DNA of 64,000 nucleotides from an uncultured Pelagibacteraceae bacterium (GCA_902590915.1 CACIYQ010000005.1:569-64568), one strand, 5' to 3'; shown: positions 1 through 13,648, numbered from the stretch's first letter. Numbers and translations: made by a program. Notes: generated by a model from the letters alone, not told the origin.

Positions 1-1208
1 GCCAAGAAGTACATTGATTGTTCAATTACAGCCTTGAATACATAAAACTTAGCGAAAAAACCAGCCAATGGTGGAATTCCAGCAAGTGAAAATAGTATTA
101 TCAGTAAACACAATGACAATAGTGGATGGTTTTTTGAAAGACCCGAAAGATCATCAATATCCTCATAATATTGCTCATTCCTTTTCAGCATCAATAAACA
201 TGAAAATAGAGCCAGATTCATTACTACGTAAATAGAAATATAGATTATTGAACTTTGAATTCCGTCGTTAGATCCTGTTGCTAAACCCGCTAAAGTATAT
301 CCGATATGTCCTATTGAGCTGTATGCTATCAGCCTCTTAATATTTGTTTGTCCTATTGCTGCAATCGCACCAAATATCATTGATGCAATGGACAAGAAAA
401 TAATAATCATTTGCCATTGATCTATTAGATTTATAAAAGGAACATATAAAAATCTAATGAAGACAGTTAGTGCAGCAATTTTTGGAACCATAGTGAAGAA
501 AAGTGTTACTGATGTTGGTGATCCTTCATAGACATCTGGTGCCCACATATGAAATGGAACTGCAGAAATTTTAAAGGCTAAACCAACCAAAATAAAAACT
601 ATTCCAAAAGTAAGAGCATACTCGTTCGAATTAAGCTGATTTGCTATAACATCAAAATTAGTAGATCCTGAAAAACCATAAATTAGTGAGCAACCATATA
701 GTAGCAAACCAGAGGATAATGCACTCAACACAAAATATTTTAATCCTGCTTCAGATGACTTTAACTGATCTCTGTTGAAAGTTGCTAAAACATAAAGAGC
801 TAGAGATTGTAATTCTAGCCCCATATAAAAAACCATAAGATCATTAGAGCTGATCATAACCATCATTCCCAAAATAGAGCTTAAAATTAATATAGGATAT
901 TCTATTTTGAAAATTTTAAATGCTTTAAGATAACTTGATGAAATTATTAAAACTAAAAAACCTCCAATTAAGGTTATAATTTTCATAAGTGAAGCCATAG
1001 GGTCAATGACAACACTATCTTTAAATAAAGTAACTCTATTTATTGAATAAGTTTCATTTACAGTAATAATTGCTGCAATTAAAATTGTGAATAATGAAAG
1101 ATTAAAAGTTAATTGTGAACTATCTTTTTTGAAAACTCCCAGTATTAATAGAAACATAACTGATAATGATATAAAAATCTCAGGTAATATTAAATTAAGA
1201 CTATCCAT
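1..1208 (-). CDS. nuoN: NADH-quinone oxidoreductase subunit N (3' end outside window)
   Basis: Manual translation from ATG at 1208: MDSLNLILPEIFISLS..., later FKISAVPFHMWAPDVYEGSP; follows nuoM. Confidence 0.95.
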   Translation of the reverse strand, partial: MDSLNLILPEIFISLSVMFLLILGVFKKDSSQLTFNLSLFTILIAAIITVNETYSINRVTLFKDSVVIDPMASLMKIITLIGGFLVLIISSSYLKAFKIFKIEYPILILSSILGMMVMISSNDLMVFYMGLELQSLALYVLATFNRDQLKSSEAGLKYFVLSALSSGLLLYGCSLIYGFSGSTNFDVIANQLNSNEYALTFGIVFILVGLAFKISAVPFHMWAPDVYEGSPTSVTLFFTMVPKIAALTVFIRFLYVPFINLIDQWQMIIIFLSIASMIFGAIAAIGQTNIKRLIAYSSIGHIGYTLAGLATGSNDGIQSSIIYISIYVVMNLALFSCLLMLKRNEQYYEDIDDLSGLSKNHPLLSLCLLIILFSLAGIPPLAGFFAKFYVFKAVIEQSMYFL

Positions 1209-1209
1209 A

Positions 1210-2691
1210 TCACTTGCTTGCTATATTTAAGTTATGCATGTTAATTAAATCTGATACTGAAACTTCAATTGTGTTAAATAATGGTTCTGGGTAAAATCCA
1301 AAGAACAATGTTGGTACTGCAAGACATGTTAATATTAAATACTCAGATCTATTTAAATCTACCATTTGTTTTAAATCTTCATTAACTAATTTTCCAAATA
1401 TAACTCTCTTATAAAGCCATAACATGTAAGCTGCTCCTAGAATTACTCCAAAACTTGCAATAATGGCTACCAAAAAATTATCTTTAAATGCACCCATTAA
1501 AATTAAGAATTCACCAATAAATCCACTAGTACCCGGTAAACCTAAGGCTGCTAAGCTAAATAGCATAAATAAAATTGAGTATTTAGGTATTATCGTAACT
1601 ATTCCTCCATATGATTTAATCAATCTTGAGTGCATTCTGTCATATACAACACCAACACATAAAAATAGAGCTGCAGAAACTAATCCGTGACTTATCATTT
1701 GGATTATACTGCCCTCAATTCCCTGTTGTTGTAATGTAAAAATTCCAAGAGTAACAAAACCCATGTGTGCAACGGAAGAATAGGCAATAAGTTTCTTCAT
1801 ATCTTCTTGCATCAAGGCTATGAAAGATGTGAAAATGATTGCTATTACACTCAAAGTATAAATTAAAGGTGTAAAAATTTCTGATGCAACTGGAAAAAGT
1901 CCCAAAGAAAACCTAATAAAACCATAGCCTGCCATCTTTAGTAATATTGCAGCCAGAAGCACTGATCCTGCCGTTGGTGCCTCAACGTGAGCATCTGGAA
2001 GCCATGTATGTACAGGCCACATTGGAGTTTTAACTGCAAAAGAACTAAAAAACGCTAGCCATAAAAGATTTTGATATTTTGCATCAATCCCTAATTCATA
2101 AAGCTTAATTACATCTGTAGTTCCCGATATCCAATAAATAGATATTATTGCAACTAGCATCAAAACTGATCCTAATAAAGTATATAGAAAGAATTTGAAT
2201 GCTGAGTAAACTCTTTTAGGACCACCCCAAATACCAATTATTAAAAACATTGGAATTAATCCAGCCTCAAAGAATAAATAGAAAACAATTAAATCAAGAG
2301 CACAGAAAACACCAATCATGAAACTTTCCATAATTAAAATTGCAATTAAGAAGTCTCTTAATCTATTCTTGACTGTGTTATTTACAGAAACAATACAAAG
2401 AGGTGTTATAAAAGTTGTTAATAAAATAAATAAGATTGAAATTCCATCTACTCCAACTTTATAATTAATAAAGTCTTTTATCCATATTCTTTCCTCAACA
2501 AATTGAAAAGCCGAGGTTGTTGTATCAAATAATAACCATAAATAAATTGAAATTAAAAAATTTACAATTGTGACAAATAAAGCAACATATTTTGCTGTTA
2601 AATTATTTCCATCTTTATCCTTTGTAAAAAATAAAAATAGAGCTCCAACTATTGGTAATAAAATTAGAGATGATAAAATAGGAAAGTTCAT
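1210..2691 (-). CDS. nuoM: NADH-quinone oxidoreductase subunit M
   Basis: WPVHTWLPDAHVEAPTAGS motif; operon position. Confidence 0.97.
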   Translation of the reverse strand: MNFPILSSLILLPIVGALFLFFTKDKDGNNLTAKYVALFVTIVNFLISIYLWLLFDTTTSAFQFVEERIWIKDFINYKVGVDGISILFILLTTFITPLCIVSVNNTVKNRLRDFLIAILIMESFMIGVFCALDLIVFYLFFEAGLIPMFLIIGIWGGPKRVYSAFKFFLYTLLGSVLMLVAIISIYWISGTTDVIKLYELGIDAKYQNLLWLAFFSSFAVKTPMWPVHTWLPDAHVEAPTAGSVLLAAILLKMAGYGFIRFSLGLFPVASEIFTPLIYTLSVIAIIFTSFIALMQEDMKKLIAYSSVAHMGFVTLGIFTLQQQGIEGSIIQMISHGLVSAALFLCVGVVYDRMHSRLIKSYGGIVTIIPKYSILFMLFSLAALGLPGTSGFIGEFLILMGAFKDNFLVAIIASFGVILGAAYMLWLYKRVIFGKLVNEDLKQMVDLNRSEYLILTCLAVPTLFFGFYPEPLFNTIEVSVSDLINMHNLNIASK

Positions 2692-4604
2692 TATCTTACA
2701 ATTAAAAAAGTTAAAAAGGCAGAAAAACCTACAAGCATTACAAATGCATACTGATAAATAAATCCACTTTGAAATTTATTTGCTTTAATCGAGCATTTTT
2801 TTATAAAAGATGAAATTCCATCTGGACCAAATCCATCAATTATTGTGCCATCAAAAAATTTCCACAAAAATAAACCTAAACGCTTTGAAGATTTAATGAA
2901 CAAAACATCATACAATTCATCGAAATACCATTTGTTAACTAAAAAATTATATAAAGGTTTATTCTGTGACACTATTCCATTTGGAATTTCTTTGTTTTTA
3001 ACAAACAGATAATAGGCAATAGGAATTGATATTGTAACTAGGCAGGGCGTTAAAAGTAAAAACCATGTAGGTGGATGATCAGTGCTTAAGGGTTCTAAAA
3101 ACTTTATAGACTCTGCCCAAAAATAATTTTCACCACCACTACCAATAAAAAGTCCTTTAAATAAAACTCCAGCAAAAATTGCACCTATTGAAAGAATAAA
3201 TAATGGAATAAGCATTACTATAGGAGATTCGTGAGTTTCCTCTATTTTTATTTCTTTGTTGTTATATTCTCCATGGAAAGTCTTAAATATTAATCTCCAA
3301 GAATATATTGACGTTAAAAGTGCTGTTAGTATTCCTATACCAGCTGCGTAATAACCTGTGGTATTACCTTTAAGATAGGCAAATTCTATAATTGCATCTT
3401 TTGAGTAAAAACCTGATAAGAAAGGAAAACCAGTTAATGCTAGTGTTCCAATGATCATTAATGAATAAGTGAATGGTAATTTTTTCCATACTCCTCCCAT
3501 TTTATTAATATCTTGTTCGTCTTTAAAAGCGTGAATAACAGAGCCAGAGCCTAAGAATAACAATGCTTTAAAGAAAGCATGAGTAAACAAGTGGAACATC
3601 GCAACATTATAAGCTCCGACCCCAGCAGCAAAAAACATATATCCTAATTGGCTACATGTTGAATATGCAATAATTTTTTTTATATCTGTCTGAACCAAAG
3701 CTACAGTTGCTGCAAAAAAAGCTGTAGTCATGCCAATAATAGTTATTAAATTTAGTATTAAGGGTGAGTATTCATAAATAGGAGAACATCTAACTACTAA
3801 AAAAACTCCTGCTGTTACCATGGTTGCTGCATGTATTAATGCAGAAACTGGAGTTGGGCCTTCCATTGCATCTGGCAACCAGGTATGTAATAAAATTTGA
3901 GCTGACTTACCCATTGCTCCAATAAATAAAAGTAAGCAAATCAAATCTATTGCTTTAATTTCAAATCCTAAAAACAATAAATTTTTATCAACCACTGTTG
4001 GTATTTGTTGAAAAACCTCGGAGTAATTTACTGTACCAAATAAATAAAATATTAAAAAAATGCCTAAAGCAAAACCAAAATCACCTACTCTATTTACGAC
4101 AAATGCTTTTATCGCTGCAGCATTAGCACTTTCTTTTTTAAACCAAAAACCTATTAGGAAATATGAACATAAACCTACTCCCTCCCAACCAAAAAATAAT
4201 TGAACAAAATTATCCGAGGTTACTAGCATTAACATTGCAAATGTAAACAGAGACAAATACGCCATGAATCTTGGTTTATGAGGATCGTGTGACATATATC
4301 CAATTGAGTAAATATGAACTAAAGAAGATATAGTGGTAACTACAACCAACATAACGGCTGACAAGGGATCAATTAACATAGACCAGTTTACATCCAATGA
4401 CCCTGAGTTGATCCAAGTGGCAATTACTATGTTTTCCTCGTACTGATTTACAATTACTTTATATAAAACAAAAATAGATAGTAAGGCTGAAATTGAAACC
4501 AAAGCACTTGTGACTATTTCAGAACTTCTATCCCCAATATATTTTCCAAAGAAGCCAGATATTATTGCTGCAATTAGTGGAAGAAATATGATTGAAAGTT
4601 CCAT
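2691..4604 (-). CDS. nuoL: NADH-quinone oxidoreductase subunit L
   Basis: WLPDAMEGPTPVSALIHAATMV motif. Confidence 0.97.
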   Translation of the reverse strand: MELSIIFLPLIAAIISGFFGKYIGDRSSEIVTSALVSISALLSIFVLYKVIVNQYEENIVIATWINSGSLDVNWSMLIDPLSAVMLVVVTTISSLVHIYSIGYMSHDPHKPRFMAYLSLFTFAMLMLVTSDNFVQLFFGWEGVGLCSYFLIGFWFKKESANAAAIKAFVVNRVGDFGFALGIFLIFYLFGTVNYSEVFQQIPTVVDKNLLFLGFEIKAIDLICLLLFIGAMGKSAQILLHTWLPDAMEGPTPVSALIHAATMVTAGVFLVVRCSPIYEYSPLILNLITIIGMTTAFFAATVALVQTDIKKIIAYSTCSQLGYMFFAAGVGAYNVAMFHLFTHAFFKALLFLGSGSVIHAFKDEQDINKMGGVWKKLPFTYSLMIIGTLALTGFPFLSGFYSKDAIIEFAYLKGNTTGYYAAGIGILTALLTSIYSWRLIFKTFHGEYNNKEIKIEETHESPIVMLIPLFILSIGAIFAGVLFKGLFIGSGGENYFWAESIKFLEPLSTDHPPTWFLLLTPCLVTISIPIAYYLFVKNKEIPNGIVSQNKPLYNFLVNKWYFDELYDVLFIKSSKRLGLFLWKFFDGTIIDGFGPDGISSFIKKCSIKANKFQSGFIYQYAFVMLVGFSAFLTFLIVR

Positions 4605-4606
4605 TC

Positions 4607-4918
4607 TTATCCTTTCAGCTCATCTATATGCTCAACTCTAATAGTTCCTGAATTTCGATAATAAACTACAATAATTGCAAGTCCAATGGCTGCCTCCGCA
4701 GCAGCTACTGTTAAAATAAATAATGTGAAAACTTGACCAGTTAAGTCTCCCAGAAAAATTGAAAAAGAAACTAAATTAATATTAACTGCCAATAATATTA
4801 ATTCGATACTCATTAATATAACGATAATATTTTTTCTGTTTAAAAATATACCAATAATTCCAATTGAAAATATAATTGCACCTAATGTTAAATAATGTCC
4901 CAAACCTATTTCAGTCAT
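4607..4918 (-). CDS. nuoK: NADH-quinone oxidoreductase subunit K (start moved to ATG 4918)
   Basis: [13 protein letters not shown] and [12 protein letters not shown] motifs. Confidence 0.95.
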   Translation of the reverse strand: MTEIGLGHYLTLGAIIFSIGIIGIFLNRKNIIVILMSIELILLAVNINLVSFSIFLGDLTGQVFTLFILTVAAAEAAIGLAIIVVYYRNSGTIRVEHIDELKG

Positions 4919-5543
4919 CAATCTTAACTCCTTTTTTAAACTCAACGTTTAATAGACTAACACCATCAGATCTCTCTCTTGAAATTTGCTTTATATAGCT
5001 TTGTGTTTTTACACCCACTCTTTTTCTAAAAGTAAGAACAATTGCTCCAATCATAGCAACCAATAAAATCATTCCACTGATTTGAAATACATGAATATAA
5101 TCTGTGTACAATACTTGACCTAAAGAATGAGTATTGCTAACTTTGGCTAATTCCAAGGAGTTATTTATATCAAACAAATCCGGCTTATATTTCCAACCAC
5201 CAACAACAATTATTAACTCAACAAATATAAGAGTGCTTATTATTAGACCTACAGGAATATGTTTTGAGCTTGCTTCTGATGAAAACCATTGATTTTTTTG
5301 TTGAGCAACATTTAACATCATAACAACAAACAAAAATAAAACCGCTACAGCTCCTACATAAACAATTAGCATAATCATCCCTAAAAACTCTGCACCAATC
5401 ATAATAAAAAGACATGAAATACTTATAAAATCTAGGATTAAAAAAAAAACTGAATGAACTGTATTCTTGGAAGCTGTAACCATTATTGCAGAGACAATAG
5501 CTATGATTGAAAAAGTATAAAAAAAAATGGAGTGTGCGATCAT
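4911..5543 (-). CDS. nuoJ: NADH-quinone oxidoreductase subunit J
   Basis: [18 protein letters not shown] motif. Confidence 0.96.
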   Translation of the reverse strand: MIAHSIFFYTFSIIAIVSAIMVTASKNTVHSVFFLILDFISISCLFIMIGAEFLGMIMLIVYVGAVAVLFLFVVMMLNVAQQKNQWFSSEASSKHIPVGLIISTLIFVELIIVVGGWKYKPDLFDINNSLELAKVSNTHSLGQVLYTDYIHVFQISGMILLVAMIGAIVLTFRKRVGVKTQSYIKQISRERSDGVSLLNVEFKKGVKIDD

Positions 5544-5545
5544 TT

Positions 5546-6031
5546 TTATCTGTGAGAACTGTCAGCTTTAATATTAGCCTCTAAAATATTTTCCCATCTA
5601 TCACCGTTATCTAAAAGTTTATCCTTTGTGTAGTAAAGTTCTTCTCTTGTTTCAGTAGAAAATTCAAAGTTTGGACCCTGTACTATAGCATCTACAGGAC
5701 AAGACTCCTCGCATAATCCACAATAAATACATTTCATCATATCAATGTCATAGCGGGTAGTTTTTCTACTTCCATCTTCTCTTTGAGTTGATTCAATTGT
5801 TATAGCCTGAGCTGGACAAACAGCTTCACATAATTTGCATGCAATACATCTTTCCTCACCATTTGGATATCTTCTTAATGCATGCTCTCCTCTAAATCGT
5901 GGACTTATCTTACCTTTTTCAAATGGATAATTTATTGTTTTTTTTGATTTAAATACCTCTTTAAAAGCCATGTACAATCCGTTTGCAAAGTCTGCCATAA
6001 ATATGGTTTTAAAAAATCTTGATATTTTCAT
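5546..6031 (-). CDS. nuoI: NADH-quinone oxidoreductase subunit I
   Basis: Two CxxCxxCxxxCP 4Fe-4S motifs; RFRGEH. Confidence 0.97.
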   Translation of the reverse strand: MKISRFFKTIFMADFANGLYMAFKEVFKSKKTINYPFEKGKISPRFRGEHALRRYPNGEERCIACKLCEAVCPAQAITIESTQREDGSRKTTRYDIDMMKCIYCGLCEESCPVDAIVQGPNFEFSTETREELYYTKDKLLDNGDRWENILEANIKADSSHR

Positions 6032-6033
6032 GA

Positions 6034-7032
6034 TTAATTTACCGGTAGAAGATTAAAATAAAATAAATAGCTTGCCGTTAACACAACCCATGTTAAAGAT
6101 AACGGAAGGAATACTTTCCAACCTAATTTCATTAGTTGGTCATATCTGTATCTTGGGACAATTGCTTTCACTAAAGCAAATAGGAAAAATAATAACAATA
6201 TCTTTAATATTAACCACACAGGTCCAGGAATTAAAGTGAAAGGATAAATTTCAAGTGGTGATAACCATCCACCTAAAAATAAAATTGCACCCATAGCACA
6301 CATTAGAAGAATATTTGCATATTCACCGAGCCAGAACATTGCGTACATCATTCCAGAATATTCTGTTTGATATCCAGCAACCAATTCAGCTTCGGCTTCT
6401 GGTAGATCAAATGGTGGTCTATTCGTTTCAGCTAACGCAGAAATAAAAAAAATTACAAACATTGGGAATAACGGAATAACAAACCATAAGTTTTGTTGAG
6501 CTATAACAATATCATTTAAATTAAGTGAACCTACACACAACAGAACATTTATGATTATTACACCAATAGATACCTCATAAGATACCATTTGAGCAGCAGA
6601 TCTAATTGCTCCCAAGAAAGGATATTTAGAATTTGAAGCCCATCCTCCCATTATAATTCCATAAACACCAAGAGATGAAACGGCAAATAAATAAAGAATT
6701 CCAACATTTATATCAGCTAAAACCTGTGTCGCGCTGAATGGAATTACAGCCCAAGCAATTAAAGCTAGAGTCATTGTTACTATTGGTGCAAGAATAAAAA
6801 TTACTTTATTTGAACTTGATGGGATAATAATTTCTTTAAAAATATACTTTAATGCATCAGCAATAGTTTGTAAAAGACCGAATGGCCCAACTACATTAGG
6901 ACCCTGTCTCTTTTGAACAAAAGCCCATACTCTTCTATCAAGCCAAACAACCATAGCAACTGATACCAACACAGGAACTAATAAAAAAAGAATTTTATAA
7001 ATTTGATCAAACAATATACTTAAATATTCCAT
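6034..7032 (-). CDS. nuoH: NADH-quinone oxidoreductase subunit H
   Basis: [21 protein letters not shown] motif. Confidence 0.97.
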   Translation of the reverse strand: MEYLSILFDQIYKILFLLVPVLVSVAMVVWLDRRVWAFVQKRQGPNVVGPFGLLQTIADALKYIFKEIIIPSSSNKVIFILAPIVTMTLALIAWAVIPFSATQVLADINVGILYLFAVSSLGVYGIIMGGWASNSKYPFLGAIRSAAQMVSYEVSIGVIIINVLLCVGSLNLNDIVIAQQNLWFVIPLFPMFVIFFISALAETNRPPFDLPEAEAELVAGYQTEYSGMMYAMFWLGEYANILLMCAMGAILFLGGWLSPLEIYPFTLIPGPVWLILKILLLFFLFALVKAIVPRYRYDQLMKLGWKVFLPLSLTWVVLTASYLFYFNLLPVN

Positions 7033-9063
7033 CTATCCTTCTGTACCTGTTAATCTAATATTTAATTTCGAATTGTTGCATTCAATCATAGTTTTTGAAG
7101 ATCTAGCAATTACATTAGAAAAATAATAATCCTTTATTTGCATATCTAATTTTTCATTTTGAAAATCTGAAATTTTTTGTCCTTTATTTTTAGTTATTTG
7201 TTTTTCTTGTTGGAGTTTTAGATAATTAAACATACTGCTTTCTAATTCCTCTTTATCATTAAATAATTTTCGATTATTCATGACTTCAGCTAATTCATTT
7301 ATAATTTGCCAGTCCTCTTTGGCTTCTCCTGGAGGGTAAGACGCTTTATATGCTTTTTGAACTTTTCCCTCTAGATTTGTAAAATAACCATCTTGTTCTG
7401 TATAAGCTGATCCTGGTAAAATTATATCTGCAATTTCTGCTCCTTTGTCTCCATGGCTCCCTTGATAAATTACAAATTCACCTTTTTTATTAAACTCTAA
7501 ATTATCTTGTCCAACCAAATAAACAATTTCGAATTTATTAGATTTTAATTCTTCCAATAAATTTTTTTCATTATTTAATATTCCCAAATCAAAATTACCT
7601 ACTGTCGCCGCATCACAAGATAAAAGATTTAACGGGTTCCAATCCTCTGTAAATTTGTTATTTTTCTTCAAAAAATTTTTAATTAAATTAAATAATTGTT
7701 CTGATGAATTTAATTTTAGTAAAGACTCACCAATTATAATCATTGGCTTGGTTGCGCTAATAATTTCTTTAGATATTTCCTCTGACCCTTCAAAAATAGT
7801 TTTTATGGTTTGGGTTTGACCATCTAAATTCTTATAAGGATAAGTTAGATCACCCACATCATTCACTGAGATTACTTTTGTATTATTATTTACAAAGGCT
7901 TTTCTAATTCTTGCATTCAAAATTGTAGCTTCATACCTAGGATTTGCTCCAATCAAAAATATTAAATCAGAGTCTTCAATTCCATTTATGTATGAATTAA
8001 ATATATAATTCTCTCTTTCAGAGTTATCTAAAAATCTATTATCTGATCTTGACTCATAATTAATGTTATTTAGAGTTCGATCAAAAAATTCCTTAAAAAT
8101 ATATCCTGTTTCCATATTGGTTAAGTCTCCAACAAAACCACAAACTTTATCTTTTGATGAATTTTCAAATTTTGATTTAATAATTTTAAATACTTCACTC
8201 CATGATGCTTTCTCGAATTTACCATTATATTTAATAAAAGGCGTATCTAGTCTTTGGTAAAGTAAACCATCGCAAGCATATCTTGACTTATCTGAAATCC
8301 ACTCTTCATTGATATCCTCGTTAATTATTGGCAAAACTCTTTTAACTTCCCAATCATATGTATCTACTCTCACATTTGATCCAACAGCATCCATTACATC
8401 AACAGTCTCAGTTTTTTTAAGTTCCCAAGGTCTTGCCTCAAAAACATAAGGTTTTGAAGTTAAAGCACCTACTGGACAAAGATCTATTACATTTGCTGAC
8501 AACTCTGATTGCATTGACTGTTCCAAATAAGTTGTAACTTGCATATCCTCTCCTCTTCCAATCGCTCCTAGCTCTGAAACTCCAGCAACTTCAGTAGCAA
8601 ATCTTACACATCGAGTGCAATGTATACATCTTGTCATCTGAGTCTTGATTAATGGTCCCATGTGTTTTTCAGGTACAGCTCTTTTGTTCTCTTTAAATCT
8701 TGATTTATCTACCCCATAAAACATAGACTGATCTTGAAGATCACACTCACCACCCTGATCACAAACTGGGCAATCTAAAGGATGGTTCGCTAATAAAAAT
8801 TCCATTACTCCTTTTCGAGCCTTTTCAACAAAAGGAGTATTAGTTTTAATATTCATTCCCTCTGCAGCAGGCATTGCACAAGAAGCAATTGGTTTAGGAG
8901 ATTTTTCCATTTCAACTAAACACATTCGACAGTTACCTGCTATTGATAATTTTTCATGATAACAAAACCTAGGAATTTCTGCTCCAGCTTTTTCACACGC
9001 TTGTAGGACTGTTAAACCGTCTTCTACCTCAACTTCAATATCGTTTACTTTTAATTTAGGCAT
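7033..9063 (-). CDS. nuoG: NADH-quinone oxidoreductase subunit G
   Basis: [25 protein letters not shown] and [10 protein letters not shown] motifs. Confidence 0.97.
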   Translation of the reverse strand: MPKLKVNDIEVEVEDGLTVLQACEKAGAEIPRFCYHEKLSIAGNCRMCLVEMEKSPKPIASCAMPAAEGMNIKTNTPFVEKARKGVMEFLLANHPLDCPVCDQGGECDLQDQSMFYGVDKSRFKENKRAVPEKHMGPLIKTQMTRCIHCTRCVRFATEVAGVSELGAIGRGEDMQVTTYLEQSMQSELSANVIDLCPVGALTSKPYVFEARPWELKKTETVDVMDAVGSNVRVDTYDWEVKRVLPIINEDINEEWISDKSRYACDGLLYQRLDTPFIKYNGKFEKASWSEVFKIIKSKFENSSKDKVCGFVGDLTNMETGYIFKEFFDRTLNNINYESRSDNRFLDNSERENYIFNSYINGIEDSDLIFLIGANPRYEATILNARIRKAFVNNNTKVISVNDVGDLTYPYKNLDGQTQTIKTIFEGSEEISKEIISATKPMIIIGESLLKLNSSEQLFNLIKNFLKKNNKFTEDWNPLNLLSCDAATVGNFDLGILNNEKNLLEELKSNKFEIVYLVGQDNLEFNKKGEFVIYQGSHGDKGAEIADIILPGSAYTEQDGYFTNLEGKVQKAYKASYPPGEAKEDWQIINELAEVMNNRKLFNDKEELESSMFNYLKLQQEKQITKNKGQKISDFQNEKLDMQIKDYYFSNVIARSSKTMIECNNSKLNIRLTGTEG

Positions 9064-10387
9064 TTTTTTTATCTAATAAATGTTGATCAACCAAATAAGG
9101 AATATTATTTTTTTTTTGCACAATAGGGTCTAAATTATTTCTTTCTTCAATTTCTTTTTTAAAATGTCTTAACAATCCCTGTACAGGCCATGATGATCCT
9201 TCACCAAATGCACAAATAGTATGGCCAGCAATTTGGTTTGTTACATCACCAAGCATATCTACTTCATCTTTAGTAGCCTCTCCCTTTGCCATTCGCTCTA
9301 GCATTCTCCACATCCATCCTGACCCCTCTCTACATGGTGTACATTGGCCACAACTTTCGTGTTTATAAAATCTAGCTATCCTTGCCATACATTTAATAAT
9401 GTCCTGGTCCTTGTTAATAACGACAATCCCAGCAGTTCCTAATCCACTTTTTTCAGCCATTAAAGAATCGAAGTCCATAGTTAATGTCTCGCATTTTTCA
9501 CTTGGTATTAATGGCATTGATGAACCACCTGGAATTACAGCTTGTAAATTTTCCCATCCACCAATAACTCCTCCAGCATGGACCTCAATTAATTCTTTTA
9601 AAGGAATATTCATTTCTTCCTCAACATTACATGGATTATTAACATTACCTGAAATACAAAAAATTTTTGTACCTGTATTTTTTTCTCTACCTAATGATGA
9701 AAACCATTTTCCACCTCTTCTCAGAATTGTTGGAACAACAGCTATCGTTTCAACATTATTAATAATTGTTGGGCATCCATAAAGTCCAATCAATGCAGGA
9801 AAAGGGGGTTTTAATCTTGGTTGACCTTTTTTCCCTTCTATACTTTCAAGTAAAGCTGTTTCTTCTCCACAAATGTAAGCACCTGCTCCATAGTGAATAT
9901 AGATATCCAAATCCCATCCAGTTCCAGCAGCATTTTTACCAATTAAATTTTTTTCATAAGCTTCATCAATAGCTAATTGTAATTTTTGACCTTCTATAAA
10001 ATATTCACCTCTAATATAAATATAACAAGTATGAGCTTGAACTGCATAAGAAGCTATTAGACATCCTTCAATTAATTTGTGGGGCTCAAATCTAAGAATA
10101 TCCCTATCTTTACAAGTGCCTGGTTCCGACTCATCTGCATTAATTACTAAATAATGAGGTCTAGATCCAACTTCTTTAGGAGCAAAAGACCATTTTAAAC
10201 CTGTAGGAAATCCAGCACCCCCTCTTCCTCTGAGTTGCGAGACTTTTACTTCATTAATTATCCAATCTCTTCCTTTTGCTATTAATTCTGAAGTATTTAC
10301 CCAATCACCTCTTGTCTGAGCAGATTTAACATCTGCACCCATATCATTGTACAAATTTTTAAAAATTCTATCTTGATCTTTAAGCAT
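9056..10387 (-). CDS. nuoF: NADH-quinone oxidoreductase subunit F
   Basis: [25 protein letters not shown] and [12 protein letters not shown] motifs. Confidence 0.97.
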   Translation of the reverse strand: MLKDQDRIFKNLYNDMGADVKSAQTRGDWVNTSELIAKGRDWIINEVKVSQLRGRGGAGFPTGLKWSFAPKEVGSRPHYLVINADESEPGTCKDRDILRFEPHKLIEGCLIASYAVQAHTCYIYIRGEYFIEGQKLQLAIDEAYEKNLIGKNAAGTGWDLDIYIHYGAGAYICGEETALLESIEGKKGQPRLKPPFPALIGLYGCPTIINNVETIAVVPTILRRGGKWFSSLGREKNTGTKIFCISGNVNNPCNVEEEMNIPLKELIEVHAGGVIGGWENLQAVIPGGSSMPLIPSEKCETLTMDFDSLMAEKSGLGTAGIVVINKDQDIIKCMARIARFYKHESCGQCTPCREGSGWMWRMLERMAKGEATKDEVDMLGDVTNQIAGHTICAFGEGSSWPVQGLLRHFKKEIEERNNLDPIVQKKNNIPYLVDQHLLDKKNA

Positions 10388-10988
10388 TTTTTACATCCAT
10401 AAGTGTTTTTCTATTATTTTCAGGTTCAGTATTTAATCGTCCTCTATATGATCCTGGTTTTGGGTCCTCACCTTTTAAAATTTTATCAAATATTTCTATT
10501 GTTTTTTCTTTATCTAAATCCTCATAATAATTATCATTAATTTGCATCATAGGAGCATTAACACATGCTCCTAAACATTCTACTTCCATCCAAGAACAGC
10601 TTTTATCATTTGATAACTCATTTTCTTTATTTGAAATTTTTTCCTTACAAGCTTCAACTAATTTATTTGCTCCTCTAATCATACAAGGAGTAGTAGTACA
10701 AACCTGTACAAAATACTTTCCTACCGGTGATAAATTGTACATGGTGTAAAAAGTTGCTACCTCATAAACTTTTATGTAAGGCATCTTCAAAAACTTTGCG
10801 ATATATTTCATAGCAGCCAATGGTATCCAGTTATCATTCTGTTTTTGTGCAATATATAGTAAAGCCATTACAGCACTTTGCTGTTTACCTTCAGGATATT
10901 TTAAAACTATTTTGTTTGCTTCTTTCATCGAAGAAGAACTGAACTCAAAAGTTTCAGGTTGATTTTTTGCAGGTCTTCTTAAACTCAT
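10380..10988 (-). CDS. nuoE: NADH-quinone oxidoreductase subunit E
   Basis: VCTTTPC and ECLGAC 2Fe-2S motifs. Confidence 0.96.
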   Translation of the reverse strand: MSLRRPAKNQPETFEFSSSSMKEANKIVLKYPEGKQQSAVMALLYIAQKQNDNWIPLAAMKYIAKFLKMPYIKVYEVATFYTMYNLSPVGKYFVQVCTTTPCMIRGANKLVEACKEKISNKENELSNDKSCSWMEVECLGACVNAPMMQINDNYYEDLDKEKTIEIFDKILKGEDPKPGSYRGRLNTEPENNRKTLMDVKNA

Positions 10989-12160
10989 CTATCTACCTCA
11001 CCAAAAACTATATCTAGCGAACCCAATACTGCAGGTACATCAGCTAACATATGTCCTTTAATCAAATAGTCCATTGATTGAAGATGTGAAAATCCAGGTG
11101 CTCTTATTTTACATTTGTAAGGTTTATTAGAACCATCTGAAATCAAATAAACTCCGAATTCACCTTTGGGAGCTTCTACTGCTGTATAAATTTCATCTTT
11201 AGGAACTCTATAACCCTCTGTAAAAAGTTTAAAATGATGAATAAGTGCTTCCATTGATTGTTTGATCTCTTTTTTAGATGGTGGGCTTATCTTGCCATCT
11301 AAAGATTTTATTGGACCTTTTTCCATTTTAGAAAGACACTGCTTAATTATCGATACACTCTCTTTCATTTCTTCTATTCTGCATAAATACCGGTCATAAC
11401 AGTCTCCATTTTTTCCTACTGGGATTTTAAAATCTAATTTATTATAACAATCGTAAGGTTGAGATTTTCTCAAATCCCATGGGACTCCTGAACCTCTAAT
11501 CATCACACCTGAAAAAGAGTAGTCTAGAGCATCTTGTTTGGTAACAACTCCTATGTCTACATTTCGTTGTTTAAAAATTCTGTTCTCTGTTAATAAACTT
11601 TCTAAATCGTTAATTATCTTTGGAAATGTCTCACAAAATTCAGCTATATCTTCTTCCAAGCCTTGAGGTAAATCCTTATGAACTCCACCTGCTCTAAAAT
11701 AATTTGCATGAAGTCGTGAACCAGAAACTCTCTCATAAAATCCCATTAGCTTTTCTCTTTCCTCAAATCCCCATAGTGTAGGAGTTAAAGCACCAACATC
11801 CATTGCTTGCGTAGTGACATTTAATATATGACTTAAAATTCTTCCTATCTCACAAAATATAACTCTTATATATTGAGCTCTAATTGGAACATCTATTTGC
11901 AGTATTTTTTCAGTCGCTAACGCAAAGGCATGTTCTTGGTTCATTGGAGCAACATAATCTAGACGATCAAAGTAAGGAACTGCTTGCATATAGGTTTTGT
12001 TCTCAATTAGTTTTTCTGTACCTCTGTGTAATAATCCAATATGAGGATCGGCTTTTTCAACTACTTCACCATCTAATTCTAAAATTAATCTTAAAACGCC
12101 ATGGGCAGCTGGATGTTGAGGACCAAAGTTTAAATTAAGGTTTTTAGTTTTTTTTGTCAT
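10985..12160 (-). CDS. nuoD: NADH-quinone oxidoreductase subunit D
   Basis: [14 protein letters not shown]; C-terminal DIVFGEVDR. Confidence 0.97.
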   Translation of the reverse strand: MTKKTKNLNLNFGPQHPAAHGVLRLILELDGEVVEKADPHIGLLHRGTEKLIENKTYMQAVPYFDRLDYVAPMNQEHAFALATEKILQIDVPIRAQYIRVIFCEIGRILSHILNVTTQAMDVGALTPTLWGFEEREKLMGFYERVSGSRLHANYFRAGGVHKDLPQGLEEDIAEFCETFPKIINDLESLLTENRIFKQRNVDIGVVTKQDALDYSFSGVMIRGSGVPWDLRKSQPYDCYNKLDFKIPVGKNGDCYDRYLCRIEEMKESVSIIKQCLSKMEKGPIKSLDGKISPPSKKEIKQSMEALIHHFKLFTEGYRVPKDEIYTAVEAPKGEFGVYLISDGSNKPYKCKIRAPGFSHLQSMDYLIKGHMLADVPAVLGSLDIVFGEVDR

Positions 12161-12749
12161 TATTTTCTATTTCTTCTTTAATATACTTAGTCCCTTCCCA
12201 TGGGCTTTCGTAATCAAAATTTCTATAATTCTGCTCTAATTTGACTGGCTCATTTATTACTTTTTTTTGATCTTCACTGTATCTAACCTCTGTGTGTCCT
12301 GTTAATGGAAAATCTTTTCTAAGTGGATGTCCTTCAAAGCCATAATCAGTTAGTATTCTTCTTAAATCTGGATGATCTTTAAAAGAAACACCGTACATAT
12401 CAAAGACTTCTCTTTCCATCCAGTTAGCTCCTGGAAAGATACTAGTTATGGACGGTATGATTTCATTTTCTACAATTGTGTATTTTAAAATTAATCTTTG
12501 ATTAAATTCATGGCTTAAAAATAAATATATTAATTCAAATCTTTGATTTTTTTCAGGATAATCGGTAACTGTTATATCAATAAGTTGTCTGAATTTAGTA
12601 TCATTGTTTGTTTTTAAAAACAAAATCACATCAATAAGATCATCTTTATCTGTTTCAAGATAAATCTGATTATGTCTAATCTCAGTTCTATTAATTTTAG
12701 TTGTTAATTCAGAGTTAATTTTTTTTTCTAGATCAATTAAATTTTTCAT
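12144..12749 (-). CDS. nuoC: NADH-quinone oxidoreductase subunit C
   Basis: EREVFDMYG...GHPLRKDFP motif. Confidence 0.97.
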   Translation of the reverse strand: MKNLIDLEKKINSELTTKINRTEIRHNQIYLETDKDDLIDVILFLKTNNDTKFRQLIDITVTDYPEKNQRFELIYLFLSHEFNQRLILKYTIVENEIIPSITSIFPGANWMEREVFDMYGVSFKDHPDLRRILTDYGFEGHPLRKDFPLTGHTEVRYSEDQKKVINEPVKLEQNYRNFDYESPWEGTKYIKEEIENNDKKN

Positions 12750-12751
12750 AA

Positions 12752-13267
12752 CTATCTTGTGATAGAACCTTTGTTTCTAATCTTTTTTTGAAGTTGCAAA
12801 ATTCCATAAAGCAGTGCCTCAGCTGATGGAGGACATCCAGGCACATAAACGTCAACTGGAACTATTCTATCGCAACCTCTCACCACAGAATATGAATAAT
12901 GATAATACCCACCACCATTTGCACAACTTCCCATTGAGATAACGTATCTTGGTTCTGGCATTTGGTCATAAACTTTTCTTAAAGCAGGTGCCATTTTGTT
13001 AGTCAAAGTCCCTGCTACAATCATTACATCTGATTGTCTTGGGGAAGCTCTTGGTGCAGCACCAAATCTTTCAAGATCATATCTTGGCATCGATGTTTGC
13101 ATCATTTCAACAGCACAACAGGCTAACCCAAATGTCATCCAATGAAGTGATCCTGCTCTTGACCAATTTATTAAATTATCTAGTGAAGTTGTAATAAATC
13201 CATTCTTGCTAAAATCGTCTGCAAGTTGTTTAAATTCTTCAGGAACCTGATCTATTTTGTTTTGCAT
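12752..13267 (-). CDS. nuoB: NADH-quinone oxidoreductase subunit B
   Basis: GLACCAVEM and VPGCPP motifs. Confidence 0.97.
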   Translation of the reverse strand: MQNKIDQVPEEFKQLADDFSKNGFITTSLDNLINWSRAGSLHWMTFGLACCAVEMMQTSMPRYDLERFGAAPRASPRQSDVMIVAGTLTNKMAPALRKVYDQMPEPRYVISMGSCANGGGYYHYSYSVVRGCDRIVPVDVYVPGCPPSAEALLYGILQLQKKIRNKGSITR

Positions 13268-13279
13268 TGTAATTAAATT

Positions 13280-13648
13280 TTATTCCCAGTCTAAAGCACC
13301 TTTTTTCCATTCATAAATAAAACCAATTGTAAGTATGAATAGAAAAATCATCATTGATGAAAAACCTAATAAACCTATTTTTCCAAGAGAAATTGCCCAC
13401 GGAAAAAGGAAGGCAATTTCTAAATCAAAAATAATAAATAAAATAGCTACTAAATAAAATCTTACATCAAACTCCATCCGTGAGTCCTCAAATGGTTCAA
13501 ATCCACACTCATATGCAGAAAGCTTTTCAGGATCAGGTCTTTTGGGTGAAAGAATAAAATTAATTAACACAAAAGCACAGCTTAGTCCGAATGCTAGGAC
13601 TAAAAAAATTATTATAGGTAAGTAGTTTTGTAAAAAATCAAATAACAT
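13280..13648 (-). CDS. nuoA: NADH-quinone oxidoreductase subunit A
   Basis: YECGFEP and [12 protein letters not shown] motifs. Confidence 0.97.
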   Translation of the reverse strand: MLFDFLQNYLPIIIFLVLAFGLSCAFVLINFILSPKRPDPEKLSAYECGFEPFEDSRMEFDVRFYLVAILFIIFDLEIAFLFPWAISLGKIGLLGFSSMMIFLFILTIGFIYEWKKGALDWE